Positions 12,095 to 23,779 of a DNA stretch of 42,585 nucleotides are shown piece by piece; position 1 is the stretch's first letter; each line of letters starts with the position of its first letter. The stretch comes from Octopus bimaculoides (taxonomy: Eukaryota). The stretch is taken from positions 44,214,346-44,256,930 of the forward strand of contig NC_069000.1 in assembly GCF_001194135.2 (NCBI RefSeq), written 5' to 3'. Both the position numbers and the translations under genes were made by a program. The notes beneath the pieces were generated by a model. That model was not told the DNA's origin. It did not search any database and saw nothing but the letters and a program-made list of their open reading frames with translations.

Positions 12095-12148
<54 letters not shown>

Positions 12149-12446
12149 TGTGTATGATGAGTGTGTGTGTACGTGTATCTGTCTATATACACACGCATAT
12201 GTGTGGCTGGATATGCATGCATGCATTTGTATGCATATCTCTCTATATGTTCAAATGCATGAATGTATGACTGTGTGTATGTGTGTGTGTGTGGGTGGGT
12301 GGGTTTTTTGGATGGTATGTGGGGAGGGGGTAGATTTACATTCAGACATATGTGTCTGTGTACATGTATGAGTGTGTATGAGTGTGTGTATGCATGCGTA
12401 TGTATATGTACACATATTTGTATATGTATGTGTGTGCGTGTGTGTG

Positions 12447-12477
<31 letters not shown>

Positions 12478-12789
12478 TTTGTCCATCCAGCAAAGAGCGG
12501 TGTAGCTTGTGTTGTACGAAAACGGCTGCGATCGACAACCAGCTTCGGGAGGAAGAAGAAGAAAAAAAACAAGAATCAGATAAAACGAGGGGAAAACGAT
12601 CGTTAACAATAACAACAACATCAACAACAACAACAATAAGGAATAGGAAGAAGAAGAAGAAGGAGGCAGAAAATGATGAAGAGATGAAACCATCTGGCAG
12701 AGGTAGGAACGAAAGAAAATCTCCTTGTAGTGTTTACTTAGAAACCCTTTTGTTTTTGTGAAGTCTCGTCACAGGTACTTGTTGGTTTT

Positions 12790-13930
12790 GCTGGTGTTGT
12801 TGCTGGTGCTTTTGTTGTTGTCGCCGTTGTTGTTGTTGTTGTTGTTGTTGTCATCATTGGCATCGTTATCGTTCACGCCGCCGCCGCCGTCGTCGCCACC
12901 ATCGTCGTCGTCGTAAGGCATCAGCATCACCGTCATCATCGCCATCATAGTCATCACCATCATCATCATCATCATACCCGTCGTCATGACCATCATCATC
13001 ATCCTACCCATCGCCGTTGTCATCGTCATCACCACTGCCACCACCATCATCGCCAACTCATCAGCATCATCGTTGTCATCAACACCATCATCATCATCAT
13101 CATCATCGTTACCACTATCACTGTCACCACCACCACCACCACTATCATCATCATCATCATCCTGTTCACCATTAACACTACAACCAGCCAACCCTGTATC
13201 CTTCCATATTGCGATTATCACCATCTACCATCATTATTAAGCCACCATTTTTATCGTCATCATCATCATCATAAGCATCCTTCTCCTCATACCTCTGCTC
13301 CTCCCTCCTTCCTTTCCTTCTTCCTTCTCCCCCCTCCCTCCCATAGTTCTCCTCCTCCTCCTTCTTATCCTTATTGCCTTCGACCCCGCCAATTACTTCA
13401 GCTTCCTTCTCCTAATCCTTTCCTTCACACTTCTCTTATTTCCATCAATCCCAGTTAATGTCATTGTTGTCCACCTCCTCCACCTCCTCCTCCTCCTCCT
13501 CCTCATCATCATCATCATCGTCATCGTCATCATCACCACCATCATCATCACCGTCATCATCACCGTCATCCTCATCCTCATCCCATTCTTCTTTCACCTT
13601 CTCTCTCATCCTCATCACAGTCGCAATCATCCCTATCACCCTCATCATCATCACCCTCATCATCATCATCGCCCTCATCATCATCATCACCCTCATCATC
13701 ATCATCATCATCATCATCATCGCCCTCATCATCATCATCACCCTCATCATCATCATCATCATCATCATCATCAACAACATTATCATCATCATCATCATCA
13801 TCACCACCATCACCACCACATTCATCCTCATCATCATCATCACCATTACCATGCCCATCACCTCTGCCACCACCACCACCACCACCACCACCACCACCAT
13901 TGTCATTACTGCTGCTGCTGCTGCTGTTTG
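12790..13930. repeat. Compound trinucleotide microsatellite block (GTT/GTC/ATC/ACC/CCT)
   Basis: Directly visible; source of the poly-D/M/I/S ORFs. Confidence 0.95.
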
Positions 13931-14639
13931 TCTCCATCACTGAAAATGCTGTTTTCTCTCATCGTCAGCAAATATGGCAGTCTACTGCTGCAGCTGCCGC
14001 TGCCGCCACTAATGCTACTGTTGTTGCAACTGCTGCTGCTGCCAGTAGTGCTACTGTTGCTGCTACTACATGTTTATCAGTGGCATCACGTGCTTCTTTT
14101 GACTTACAGCAGCACCATCGTTAGTAGTAGCGAGAGCAGCAACAGTAGTGTCTGCAAGTCACTGCAGTGGCATCAGCAGCAGCACCACCTGCAACAATGT
14201 GTGCAGCAGGGCAGCAAATATTGCAACAGCATGTGCAACGACATCGACATACCTGCAACCACTGCTAACAACAACAACAACGACGCCGCCGAAAACTGCT
14301 GCTGCACATAATAATTGCGTAAAGTGCAGAAAATATTGCGACAGTAACTACAGCACCATGATCCTATAAGAACAACAACATCTGCAGCAATTGCAACAGC
14401 TGCAAGATGAACTGCAACAGGTAGTAACTATTGCAAGGAGGGTGATGCTTTTGTACCTGCCTCTCAAGGGCCAGCATATATCGTTAATAACCATAGGTGA
14501 AGGGCCCAGTTGTTGACCCTACTGAATCACCTAGGATCCAAGCCTGGGCCGTATGATACGAAGGGCTGGTTGTTGTCCTGTCCAATATGACCCTCGCATC
14601 TCCATGTCAGAGGTGGATCCAAAGGTAGATTTTTCTATA

Positions 14640-14768
14640 GCCAGGTACCTTTCCTGTCACCAACCCTCACCTGTTTCCAAGCCAGGCAATGTTTTTTCCC
14701 ATGGCCAGACACGTTTTCACAGAAGACTGCAAACAAGCAATATTGCTTCAGTGACAGTGACACTAACA
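14640..14768 (-). mobile_element. Retroposon fragment family E
   Basis: CTTTCCTGTCACCAACCCTCACCTGTTTCCAAGC matches the reverse complement of 28630-28685. Confidence 0.6.
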
Positions 14769-14807
14769 CATACATGCACATATATATAGATATGTGTGGG
14801 TGGGGGT

Positions 14808-14838
<31 letters not shown>

Positions 14839-14849
14839 CATAGATATAG

Positions 14850-14875
14850 ATAGATAGATAGGGTAAACAGGTAGG

Positions 14876-14947
<72 letters not shown>

Positions 14948-15012
14948 GAGATAGATAGATAGATAGATAGACAGGTAGGTAACAGGTAGGTAGATAAACA
15001 GATAGATAGATA
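14850..15012. repeat. (GATA)n microsatellite
   Basis: Long AGAT run. Confidence 0.95.
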
Positions 15013-15016
15013 GAAT

Positions 15017-15437
15017 CTTTTATCTTCTACTTGTTTCAGTCATTAGACAATGCCCATGCTGGGGCACCACCTTGAATTTTTAGTCAAAAGAATTGACCCC
15101 ATTACTTATTTTTTAAAGCCTGGTACTTATTCTATCAACTCTTTTGCCAAACCGCTAAGTTTTGGGATCACAAATACACAAATACCAGTTGTCAAGCACT
15201 AGTGGAAGGACAAACACTAACACAAAAATACACACACACACACAGATATACACATACACACACACACACACATACACATATATAATGGGCTTCTTTCAGT
15301 TTCTGTCTACCAAATTCCCTCACAAGGCTTTGGTCGGCCCAAGACAGCTATAGTAGAAGACACTTGCAGAAGGTGGCACACAATGGGACTGATGCTAGAA
15401 CCATGTGGTTGGGAAGCAATCTTCTTACCATATGGCC
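15017..15437 (-). mobile_element. tRNA-derived SINE family A, near full length
   Basis: Colinear with the reverse complement of 20322-20721, including the central (CA)n linker. Confidence 0.85.
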
Positions 15438-15924
15438 AATGATATGAAACAACGAGAATGGGAACATTGAACTCAGAGGAGATGTTGGAGTAGGGGAAGG
15501 GAAAGAATGTTCATTGCAACCCTTTTGTCCATGGTAGGAAGAAAGGAACTTTTGACTTTGTATGAGATTTGAACTTGAAACATAGAAGATTGTAAAAAAA
15601 AATATTATAAAATTCTGGTTAGGAAGCTTGCTTCTGAACAATATGGTTTCAAGTTCAATCCCACAGCATNNNNNNNNNNNNNNNNNNNNNNNNNNNNNNN
15701 NNNNNNNNNNNNNNNNNNNNNNNNNNNNNNNNNNNNNNNNNNNNNNNNNNNNNNNNNNNNNNNNNNNNNNNNNNNNNNNNNNNNNNNNNNNNNNNNNNNN
15801 NNNNNNNNNNNNNNNNNNNNNNNNNNNNNNNNNNNNNNNNNNNNNNNNNNNNNNNNNNNNNNNNNGGGGGGGTCATCACTTGGAACTGAGTGTGACAGGG
15901 TAGCATGGATTAAGCTTTTGTAAA

Positions 15925-16140
15925 TTCTTTTCTACTCTAGGCACAAGGCCTGAAATTTTGGGGGGAGGGGGCAATTGATTAGATCGACCCCAGTGCACAA
16001 CTGGTACTTAATTTATCAACTTTGAAAGGATGAAAGGCAACGTCAATCTCGGTAGAATTTGAACTCAGAACACAAAGACAGGCAAAATACTGCTAAGCAT
16101 TTTGCTCGGCGTGCTAACATTTCTGCCAGTGCGCCACCTT
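15925..16140 (-). mobile_element. tRNA-derived SINE family B
   Basis: Reverse complement carries GAGTTCAAATTC (B-box-like) and GCCTTTCATCCTTTC; matches 18731 and 35985. Confidence 0.85.
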
Positions 16141-16224
16141 AATCCTTTGTAAATTGTTTTAGGTGTCTATGTAGTCAAAGGCAGATACATAGACACCTCC
16201 TTGGTAAAACTGTTTAAATGATGT

Positions 16225-16700
16225 CATAAGACCCTGGGCAAAATAAAGGGCTGATAGTATTAATTTATTGACAGCAGGCCATACTGTATGCCCGTTGGCA
16301 CTGGGCTCCAAGACCTGAGGGCCAATTGACAAAGCAATGCACTAGGATATTTAATATAACATTTATTGACAGGAGCCCCTGCATGGCCACAGGCCCCTTG
16401 ACTTTTGTGACCTTTGGGCAAAGCAGCCCAGTAGGTTTGCAGCATTTGTTCATCAACAGAAACCACAGCATTCATACATTAGCACTGAGCTTCTAGACCC
16501 TAAGGCCAACTGGCAAAGCAATGCACTATGGCCTATAATAGACAGCATGCATACATTAGCAGTGGACCCCTTGGCCTAGTGACTCCTGGGCAAAGTAATC
16601 CAACGGACCCTAAAATATTTATTTATTTATTTATTTATTGACACCAGCAAACATAGATTAGAACTGAGGTTCTAGAATCGTAAGGTCCTGGGTAACTGTC
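16225..16700. repeat. Degenerate ~180 bp tandem repeat, ~2.5 copies
   Basis: GCACTG(G/A)GCT..CAAAGCAATGCACTA at ~16298 and ~16481; CCCCTTG..GTGAC..TGGGCAAAG at ~16392 and ~16564. Confidence 0.65.
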
Positions 16701-17464
16701 AAATATTTTCATGCTTTGAGGTAGGACCCTCAACCCAGTGAATCATCCAGGATGTGATGTTGGCACGGGAAAGGCGGCTGCTAAACTACAGCTTTTTTTT
16801 TTTTTATTGGCTCCTGGAAGGATGTAAAACAAAGTTGACTTCTGTGAGATTTGAACCCTGAGGTCACAGACTGAAAGCAAATATCATAATGTATTTTGTC
16901 CAATGCTTTACTGATTCTTCCCATTGACTACATTATAAAAGAGTGTAGTTAAAGCATTTTATCTTTTGCTTTACTGATTTTACAGTGGAGCAGCTTAATG
17001 AAATTAATTATTAAAATGAATTAATTACTTAAACGAAGACAAAAGCAAACAGCAATCTCTGATAATATTAAAATGCCAGGCATGTAAATGGCCGTTAAAT
17101 CTGGGTGACGTAACATTAAGACGTAAATGGCACAATCCCCTTTCATATCTTTGCATCTAGCTCGAATCAAGGATTAAACAGATAACTGGAAAATTAAAGC
17201 TTTAATATTATTGACCTTTCCCATTCTTTATGTCCATAGTGGGCGGCAAATCAGGAGAGTCGTTGGAGCATCAAACAAAATTTGTTGAAGTTTTTTGTGT
17301 TCTCAGTTCAAATCCAGCTGTGACCAACTTTACTTTTATTCCTTCTGGGGGCAATAAAAAAATGATAGTCTCAGATAGTGGACTGGTGGAATTGTTAGGG
17401 TGTAGGGACAAGATACCTTGTGGTATTTGCTCCAGTTCTCAGCATTGGGAATTGTGTGGGTTGC

Positions 17465-17692
17465 TTAACCCTTTAGCATTCAGATTATTATTTTAAATGT
17501 GATACTCATTTATTCACATTGTTTTCAGTTGATTATCCATTATCTCATAGTTTCAACATTTCAGTGATGTGATTGTTTAGTTTTAAAATGACATTGTAGG
17601 GTGAGTGAGAGAGGTCAGAACTGGCCAATTTGAGGATAAAACAGGAAGAACAGTTTGGCTTGATATGGCTGGTTTAAATGCTAAAGGGCTAA
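17465..17692. mobile_element. piggyBac-like MITE (~228 bp)
   Basis: TTAACCCTTTAGCATT (17465-17480) and AATGCTAAAGGGCTAA (17677-17692) form a 16 bp inverted repeat with one mismatch; TTAA+CCCT ends are typical of piggyBac. Confidence 0.75.
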
Positions 17693-17724
17693 ACCATTCC
17701 CAGGTTTAACACCATTATCTGGTA

Positions 17725-18129
17725 GCTGTGGCCAATACCAGGGCTGCCTCACTGGCACGTAAAAAGCACCATTCAAGCATGATCAATGCCAGTGCCACCT
17801 GACTGGCACATAAAAAACACCATTCAAGTGTGACCAATCTCAATGCCACCTGACTGGCACCCGCGACAGTGGCACGTATAAAGCACCATTCAAGCATGGC
17901 TGATACCAGTGCTGCCTGACTGGCACCTGTGTTGGTGGTACATAAAAAGCACCCACTACGCTCTCAGAGTGGTTGGTGTTAGGAAGGGCATCCAGCTGTA
18001 GAAGCCTTCCCAAATCAGATTGGAGCCTGGTGCAGCCTCCTGGCTTGTCAATTCTCAGTCAAATCGTCCAACCCATGCCAGCATGGAAAGCGGACGTTGA
18101 ATGACAATGATGATGATGATGATGATGAT
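17725..18129 (+). mobile_element. (GAT)n-tailed retroposon family C with internal ~50-70 bp sub-repeats
   Basis: Repeated CTGGCAC..AAAAAGCACCATTCAAG units, then the conserved 3' block and (GAT)n tail. Confidence 0.85.
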
Positions 18130-18394
18130 CTGGTCTTCAGTTGCCTTCAATGAAGTCTACTCAGTTTCAAGTATTTGAATTAGACATATCTTCTTTCTAA
18201 CCACCATCCAGTCTCATTTGTGGGCATGTCCCTTCCTACTTGACTACACACAAAAAAGCCCCCAGAAAATAATAATAAATCGTCAACATGCTGCATGAAC
18301 ACCGAAGCATGAACAGATGCACAATTTACATTTGCAAGCTTTGGCAATTTCCACAATTATTACAGTTACAGGCCATTACAGATAACAGTTAGAA

Positions 18395-18610
18395 GCCATT
18401 GAAACTTAAGCTATTGTTACAAGCCACAAAACCATTGGAAACCATCGCAGCTTACATTTACAAGCTGTTGCTTCTTAAACTATTGTTAAGAGCCACAAAC
18501 CATAAGCTGTGGGCTATTGTTGCTCATGGATACACATCCCTTGGTCTCTGCAGCATTAACAAACCCTCTGCACCATTGTTGCTTAAACTATTGTTACAAG
18601 CTTCAAGCCA
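18395..18610. repeat. Degenerate dispersed tandem repeat
   Basis: CTTAA(G/A)CTATTGTTA(C/A)(A/G)AGC occurs three times (~18406, ~18475, ~18582). Confidence 0.6.
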
Positions 18611-18623
18611 TTGCAGCTTACAT

Positions 18624-19253
18624 CTGTGGTAAGAAGTTTGCGTGGTACCTTGGACAAGTGACTTCTACTATATAGCCCCAGGCCAACGAAAAACCTGTGG
18701 ATGGATTTGGTAGACAGAAACTGAAAGAAGGCGGCGAGCTGGCAGAATCGTTAGCACGCAAATGCTTAGCGGTATTTCATCTGTCTTTACGTTCTGAGTT
18801 CAAATTCCGCCGAGGTCGACGTTGCCTTTCGTCCTTTCGGGGGTCGATAAATTAAGTACCAGTTACACACTGGGATCGATGTAATCGACTTAATCCCTTT
18901 GTCTGTCCTTGTTTGTCCCCTCTATGTTTAGCCCCTTGTGGGCAATAAAGAAATAAGAAACTTAAGGAAGCCCGCCATATATAAATATACATACATACAC
19001 ACACACACATACACACACGCATATGTATATGTATATGTTTGTTTATCTGTGTTTGTCCCCTACTATCGCCTGACAACCGATGCTGGCATATTTACATCAC
19101 TGTAACTTAGTGGTTCAGCAAAAGATACCAATAGAATAAATACTAGGCTTACAAAGAATAAATCCTGGGGTCAATTCGTTCGACTAAAGGTGTTGCTCTA
19201 GCATGGCTGCAGTCAAATGACTGAAACAAGTAAAAGAGTAAAGATTAAAAGAG
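18624..19253 (+). mobile_element. SINE family A interrupted by a SINE family B insertion
   Basis: Family A sequence stops at 18730 and resumes at 18971 (CCCG..), continuing to the TGACTGAAACAAGTAAAAGAGTA tail. Confidence 0.85.
18731..18958 (+). mobile_element. tRNA-derived SINE family B, full length, with target-site duplication
   Basis: GGCGGCGAGCTGGCAGAATCG head, GAGTTCAAATTCC B-box-like motif; flanks GAAACTGAAAGAAG and GAAACTTAAGGAAG. Confidence 0.88.
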
Positions 19254-19444
19254 ATAGGTAGATATACATACATATACATACATATATATAGATATATACA
19301 TACATTATATCTATATTTTTGAATGTAGTGTATTGTATTTGCACTAAGTTACACATTATTCGATCCCTTTTTCATTAACAGAATCTCTACTTCATTTACA
19401 TAATTTACATTTGACGGATATTTCTCCTCATCTTGTTTGTTGTT

Positions 19445-19490
19445 AACACAATGTTTCGGCTGATACACCCTTCAGCCTTCATCAGGTGTC
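19445..19490 (-). ncRNA. Penelope-type minimal hammerhead motif (N16.2 G>A)
   Basis: Minus strand GACAC-CTGATGA-A-GGCTG(10 nt)CAGCC-GAAAC-ATT-GTGTT. Confidence 0.55.
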
Positions 19491-19537
19491 TTGGGGAAAT
19501 TTCGAACCTGGGTTCTCATTCCTAAGGTATTTTTCGA

Positions 19538-19591
<54 letters not shown>

Positions 19592-19688
19592 CATGCAGGT
19601 CACTGCCTGGAATAGAACTCGAAATCTTGGGTTTAGTAGCATTGAAAGATATCTTAGGAATGAGGACCTAGGTTGGAAATTTCCCCAA

Positions 19689-19735
19689 GACACCTGATGA
19701 AGGCTGGAGGGGTATATCAGCCAAAACATTGTGTT
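19689..19735 (+). ncRNA. Penelope-type minimal hammerhead motif, likely inactive (G12A, G16.2A)
   Basis: GACAC-CTGATGA-A-GGCTG(11 nt)CAGCC-AAAAC-ATT-GTGTT. Confidence 0.45.
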
Positions 19736-20321
19736 AACAACAAACAAGATGAAGACAAACACCCGTCAAATGTAAATAATGTAAATAATGTATACAATTC
19801 CTCATCTCTTAAATATAGAACTGCAATCTCTACTTCTTATGGAATTCTTCGTTCAGCTAACCTCAATACCAGGTGAATGATTATCTGGCCAAATACACAA
19901 ACTGTAAATAATTTCTGCTTACAGTTTCTGCAAAAGTGTGTTTATTCTTGATTTCACTTTTTGATAAATTGCTTATTTTAATTATGTGACATAAAAAGAT
20001 GACCCAATATTTTATACTCAGATGTAAAGCTTTACTTTTATTCATGTTATCATTTGTCAACTGTCATGTGGAGCAGATTCAAATCTGTTCTGACAAGCTT
20101 TCATATTCTATACACAAATTTTAACTTTATTTTACTGTAAACAGATGTTTTGTATGACATGTTTATTGCTGTTTTATATCACTTTCAGTTATAATTATTA
20201 TTAAACCAGATAAGGTTGAGAGCAGTGGTGTCAAATACACAGCCATAGGGTCAGATTCAAGCACTTGAGCATTTTTATAACAAAGAATGATATTTTCTTT
20301 TTTTAATTTTCAAATATATAT

Positions 20322-20721
20322 ACAGGAGTGGCTGTGTGGTAAGAAGCTTGCTTCCCAACCACATGATTCCTGGTTCAGTCCCACTGCATGGCACCTTGGG
20401 CAAGTGTCTTCTACTATAGCCTCGGGCCAACCAAAGCCTTGTGAGTGGATTTGGTAGACGGAAACTGAAAGAAGCCCGTCGTATGTGTGTGTGTGTGTGT
20501 ACTTGTTATTTTTATCTGTATTTGTCCCTCCACCATCGCTTGACAACTGGTATTTGGTTGTTTACGTCCCCGTCATGTTGCAGTTTGGCAAAAAGAGGCC
20601 AATAGAATAAATATTAGGCTTACAAAAGACTAAGTCCTGGGGTCAATTTGTTCAGCTAAAGGCGGTGCTCCAGCATGGCCACAGTCAAATGACTGAAACA
20701 AGTAAAAGAATAAAAGAATAA
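20322..20721 (+). mobile_element. tRNA-derived SINE family A, full length
   Basis: AGGAGTGGCTGTGTGGTAAG head, GGTTCAGTCCC B-box-like motif, CTTGGGCAAGTGTCTT central domain, (TG)n linker, (AAAAGAAT)n tail. Confidence 0.88.
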
Positions 20722-20747
20722 ATACTCTTAAAATATATATAACATTT

Positions 20748-20855
20748 GGAGCCTGGTGCAGCCTTCTGTCTTGCCAGACTTTCAATCAAACCATCCACCC
20801 ATGCCAGCATGGAAAGTGGCTGTTAAACGATGATGACGACGATGATGATGATGAT
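20748..20855 (+). mobile_element. 5'-truncated family C retroposon with (GAT)n tail
   Basis: TTGGAGCCTGGTGCAGCC..CCCATGCCAGCATGGAAAG..(GAT)n. Confidence 0.75.
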
Positions 20856-21067
20856 TCATTCAGAGTTGGGGCTTCACATGATTGCTGATAGTTCCACTTA
20901 GCCGAGCTAATGCATCTTAGGGAATCCTTTGTAATCCCAACCAATGTAAATGAAGTTCACGAATTCATATACTAAAATATGTGATTTATTTTCCCCTCAC
21001 TTTGTCTATACTCACTACCCCAAATAGAAGAATTTGGGTTTTTTTTGTTTTTCACATTTAAACAAAG

Positions 21068-21256
21068 GTTTGTCTGAAGGGATCCAAGAGAAAAGAACAT
21101 CATGGAAAGATTTTGCAGATGAAATATGGTGTGAGATTTCTATAAAACGTTGGTCTTCTCAAGAACTGTTTGCATTCATTACAGCATATCAAAGACTTGA
21201 TTCTTTAATGTGTCCTTCATATTGTTTAAGTCACCATCATTCTGTCAACTCTTCAG
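21068..21256 (+). CDS. Speculative 189 nt phase 1-1 coding exon of unknown protein
   Basis: T-rich tract plus AAAG acceptor at 21067, CAG/GTATAG donor at 21256, length divisible by 3, only one open frame; no confident homology. Confidence 0.2.
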
Positions 21257-22544
21257 GTATAGTCTATCTAGGAATACACTTTCAAATGTAGCCTTGCTTT
21301 GTTCATTTTTAAAAATAGCAGATTGTGATTTGAGGGAGTTTTGACTCCTATCGTTATCAAACAAAGAACATGTAGAGGCTCTCTCTTCAGTTTCGATATC
21401 TTTATTTATTGATTGCCATAGTGAAGTTTTCCTGATATTCTTTTGTACTTTTAATTTAATTTCCTGCTAAGCAGATAAAAATGGATAAAAAGGATATTGC
21501 TTTATCAGACAATGATATTATATTTTTTAGGAAATAAATAAATATTTTTAATACTATTTTATATATTTCAATTATTTTTTAAAAAAATTTATTTTCGAAT
21601 CTTTTGCTGAGTATATGATATCATTTACTATCCATTATCACATACAATATAATATCTCTTAATAAAAGGTTAAAAATCTCTTTTATATAACTGACTTTTT
21701 TATTTTTTTATTTTTCTATTTCAAATAGTAAACAGTAGAAAGGTATAAATTTTACATATGCCTCATAATTTACTTTCCACAGCTATCTCAATGGTGTTTC
21801 TTCTGATGAGATGGGTAACAGTCACATTTTAATTAATTTTATATATCAATTATGCAATTACATAAATGGCAATGTATTTATTCTATTGAAACAGCTGTTG
21901 AGATCAATTAAATTATAAATCACTTGTAAAATTCATGCTTCCTTACTGTTTGCTATTTAAAATATCCTTAACTGTTGTTTTAGCCAATTCAGTATCTACA
22001 TGCACGTTCATTCCATCAATATTTATTGCACTGTAATAATGTATTGGAGTTTAATGATGTATTGATAATGCGACTCTAAAATATCATGGCTATATTTTAT
22101 GATTTTTATCAGGATATAAAAATGTTATTCTAATTATAATATTAATGTTGTAACATTGTATAATAATGTAATACAAAATCTATTCATGTATAATTAAAAC
22201 ACTTTTTGTATTATTATTATAAAGATGCTGATATGAAGTTTCATTAACCAATCACAGGGTTTAACTGCAATTACTATTGTAAAAGGGAAGGTGAGGTAAG
22301 TCACTTATAATGTTTGTTTTTTTCACATGTATAACTTGAGTTCTCAACTCCTAGTGGAGTTATAGGGGTCCTGTCTAGATATACAACTTGCCTTTGACAT
22401 TTTAAATAAACCAGACAGAGCCATTCCTTTTCCAGGTCTACTTCAGCTGAATTTCTCTGGAGTCCAGGGAAAGAGAGAGAGAGGAAGAAAGAGGGGGAGT
22501 GAAGGAGAAGGGGGAAAGGAGAGGGAGACAAGAAAATGGTTCCA

Positions 22545-22682
22545 GTAGGATCACTGCTACTTTATTGAACCTAAAAGGATGAAAGGTAATTAAGAACTTA
22601 GCAGGTATTGAACTCAAAGCATTAGTGACTGGAATGCAGCACGGCATTCTATCTAACACTATTATGACCTTGACAACCCATC
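22545..22682 (-). mobile_element. Degenerate SINE family B
   Basis: AAAAGGATGAAAGG and TTGAACTCA as in 15925-16140 and 38076-38284. Confidence 0.55.
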
Positions 22683-22726
22683 TTTCTATATATCCATTTA
22701 TCTATCTATCTATCTATCTATCTGTC

Positions 22727-22794
<68 letters not shown>

Positions 22795-22899
22795 TATATG
22801 TGGCGGATGCACAATGTAAGAGCATACCTTTGATGCAGATCTGAGGAAGTGTTGCTAATGTTTGACAGACAGACAGACAGATAAACAGACAAGCATTAA

Positions 22900-23281
22900 G
22901 ACAGAGACAGAGTGATAAAGACAGCAACACATAGAGAGAGAGCAAGTGAGTGAAATACAGAGAGAGGGACACTGAGAAAGAGGGACAGAGAGAGAGAGAA
23001 AGGAACAGAGAGAGAAAGGAACAGAGAGAGAAAGGAACAGAGAGAGAAAGGAACAGAGAGAGAAAGGAACAGCGAGAGAAAGGAACAGAGAGAGAGAGAG
23101 AGAGTGAAACACAGAGAGAGGGACACTGAGAGAGAGGGACACTGAGAGAGAGAAAGGAACAGAGAAAGAAAGAGAGACAAGGCAAGAGAAAGTGGAACAG
23201 AGAGTGAGAGAGAGAGGGAGAGAAAGGAACAGAGAAAGATAGAGAGACAAGGCAAGAGAGAGTGAGAGAGAGAAAGTGAGA

Positions 23282-23320
<39 letters not shown>
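22900..23320. repeat. Purine-rich (AG)n-derived 14 bp minisatellite (AGAGAGAAAGGAAC)
   Basis: Tandem AGAGAGAAAGGAAC units at ~23010-23085 within an AG-rich block. Confidence 0.9.
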
Positions 23321-23323
<3 letters not shown>

Positions 23324-23779
23324 TGTTTGATGAACCTCTACTTCAATGTACTCTCACTACTAACAATGCTACTCAATGGGAGCAACAGACTTCCAACCGA
23401 GTTAAAGTAGTGACATGCTGAACACCAGACTACTCCATTAGTCATGGCAACGTGCCAGAATTGTGGCTTTCCATTTTAGGATTTCAATATCCATTCCTTG
23501 TCAATGTTTATCCATTTTTTCCCTCTGTCTGCATCTACATCTCCTTTTTTCCCCCTCTCTCTTTAGTTTCTTAAAAAACAGTCTCTGCAAAATCTACAGA
23601 TCTTGTTACAAGGCCAGCATACTATATTCCATCTCAGCTTTTTTTTCCCCTTCACTGTCGTTTCAAAATCTTCACGAGGGCCAATGTGAAGCTGGATAGG
23701 GTTGTAGATGGTTTCACGAGTCCACATGTGGCCCAAGTACAAAATATCTAAGCTGTTACTGTGCTGATGTCAAGTAAAA

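Larger units (their letters stand above)
19392..19790. mobile_element. Head-to-head inverted pair of Penelope-like terminal-repeat fragments
   Basis: 19392-19539 is the reverse complement of 19640-19790; ~100 bp spacer with (TTA)n; each arm holds a hammerhead-like motif. Confidence 0.7.

Noticed and set aside
12480-12775. Charged ORF segment (..QLREEEEEKKQESDK..) with GAG/GTAGGA
   Set aside because: Composition explained by (GAA)n and (AAC)n runs; no acceptor or homology.
18731-18810. tRNA genes at SINE heads (also 20322, 24600, 35985)
   Set aside because: A/B-box-like motifs continue into SINE bodies and tails with no complete cloverleaf.
20223-20265. hAT/Charlie-like terminus CAGTGGTGTCAAA (similar CAGAGTTTCTCAAACT at 41823)
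   Set aside because: No matching opposite terminus or 8 bp target-site duplication found by eye.
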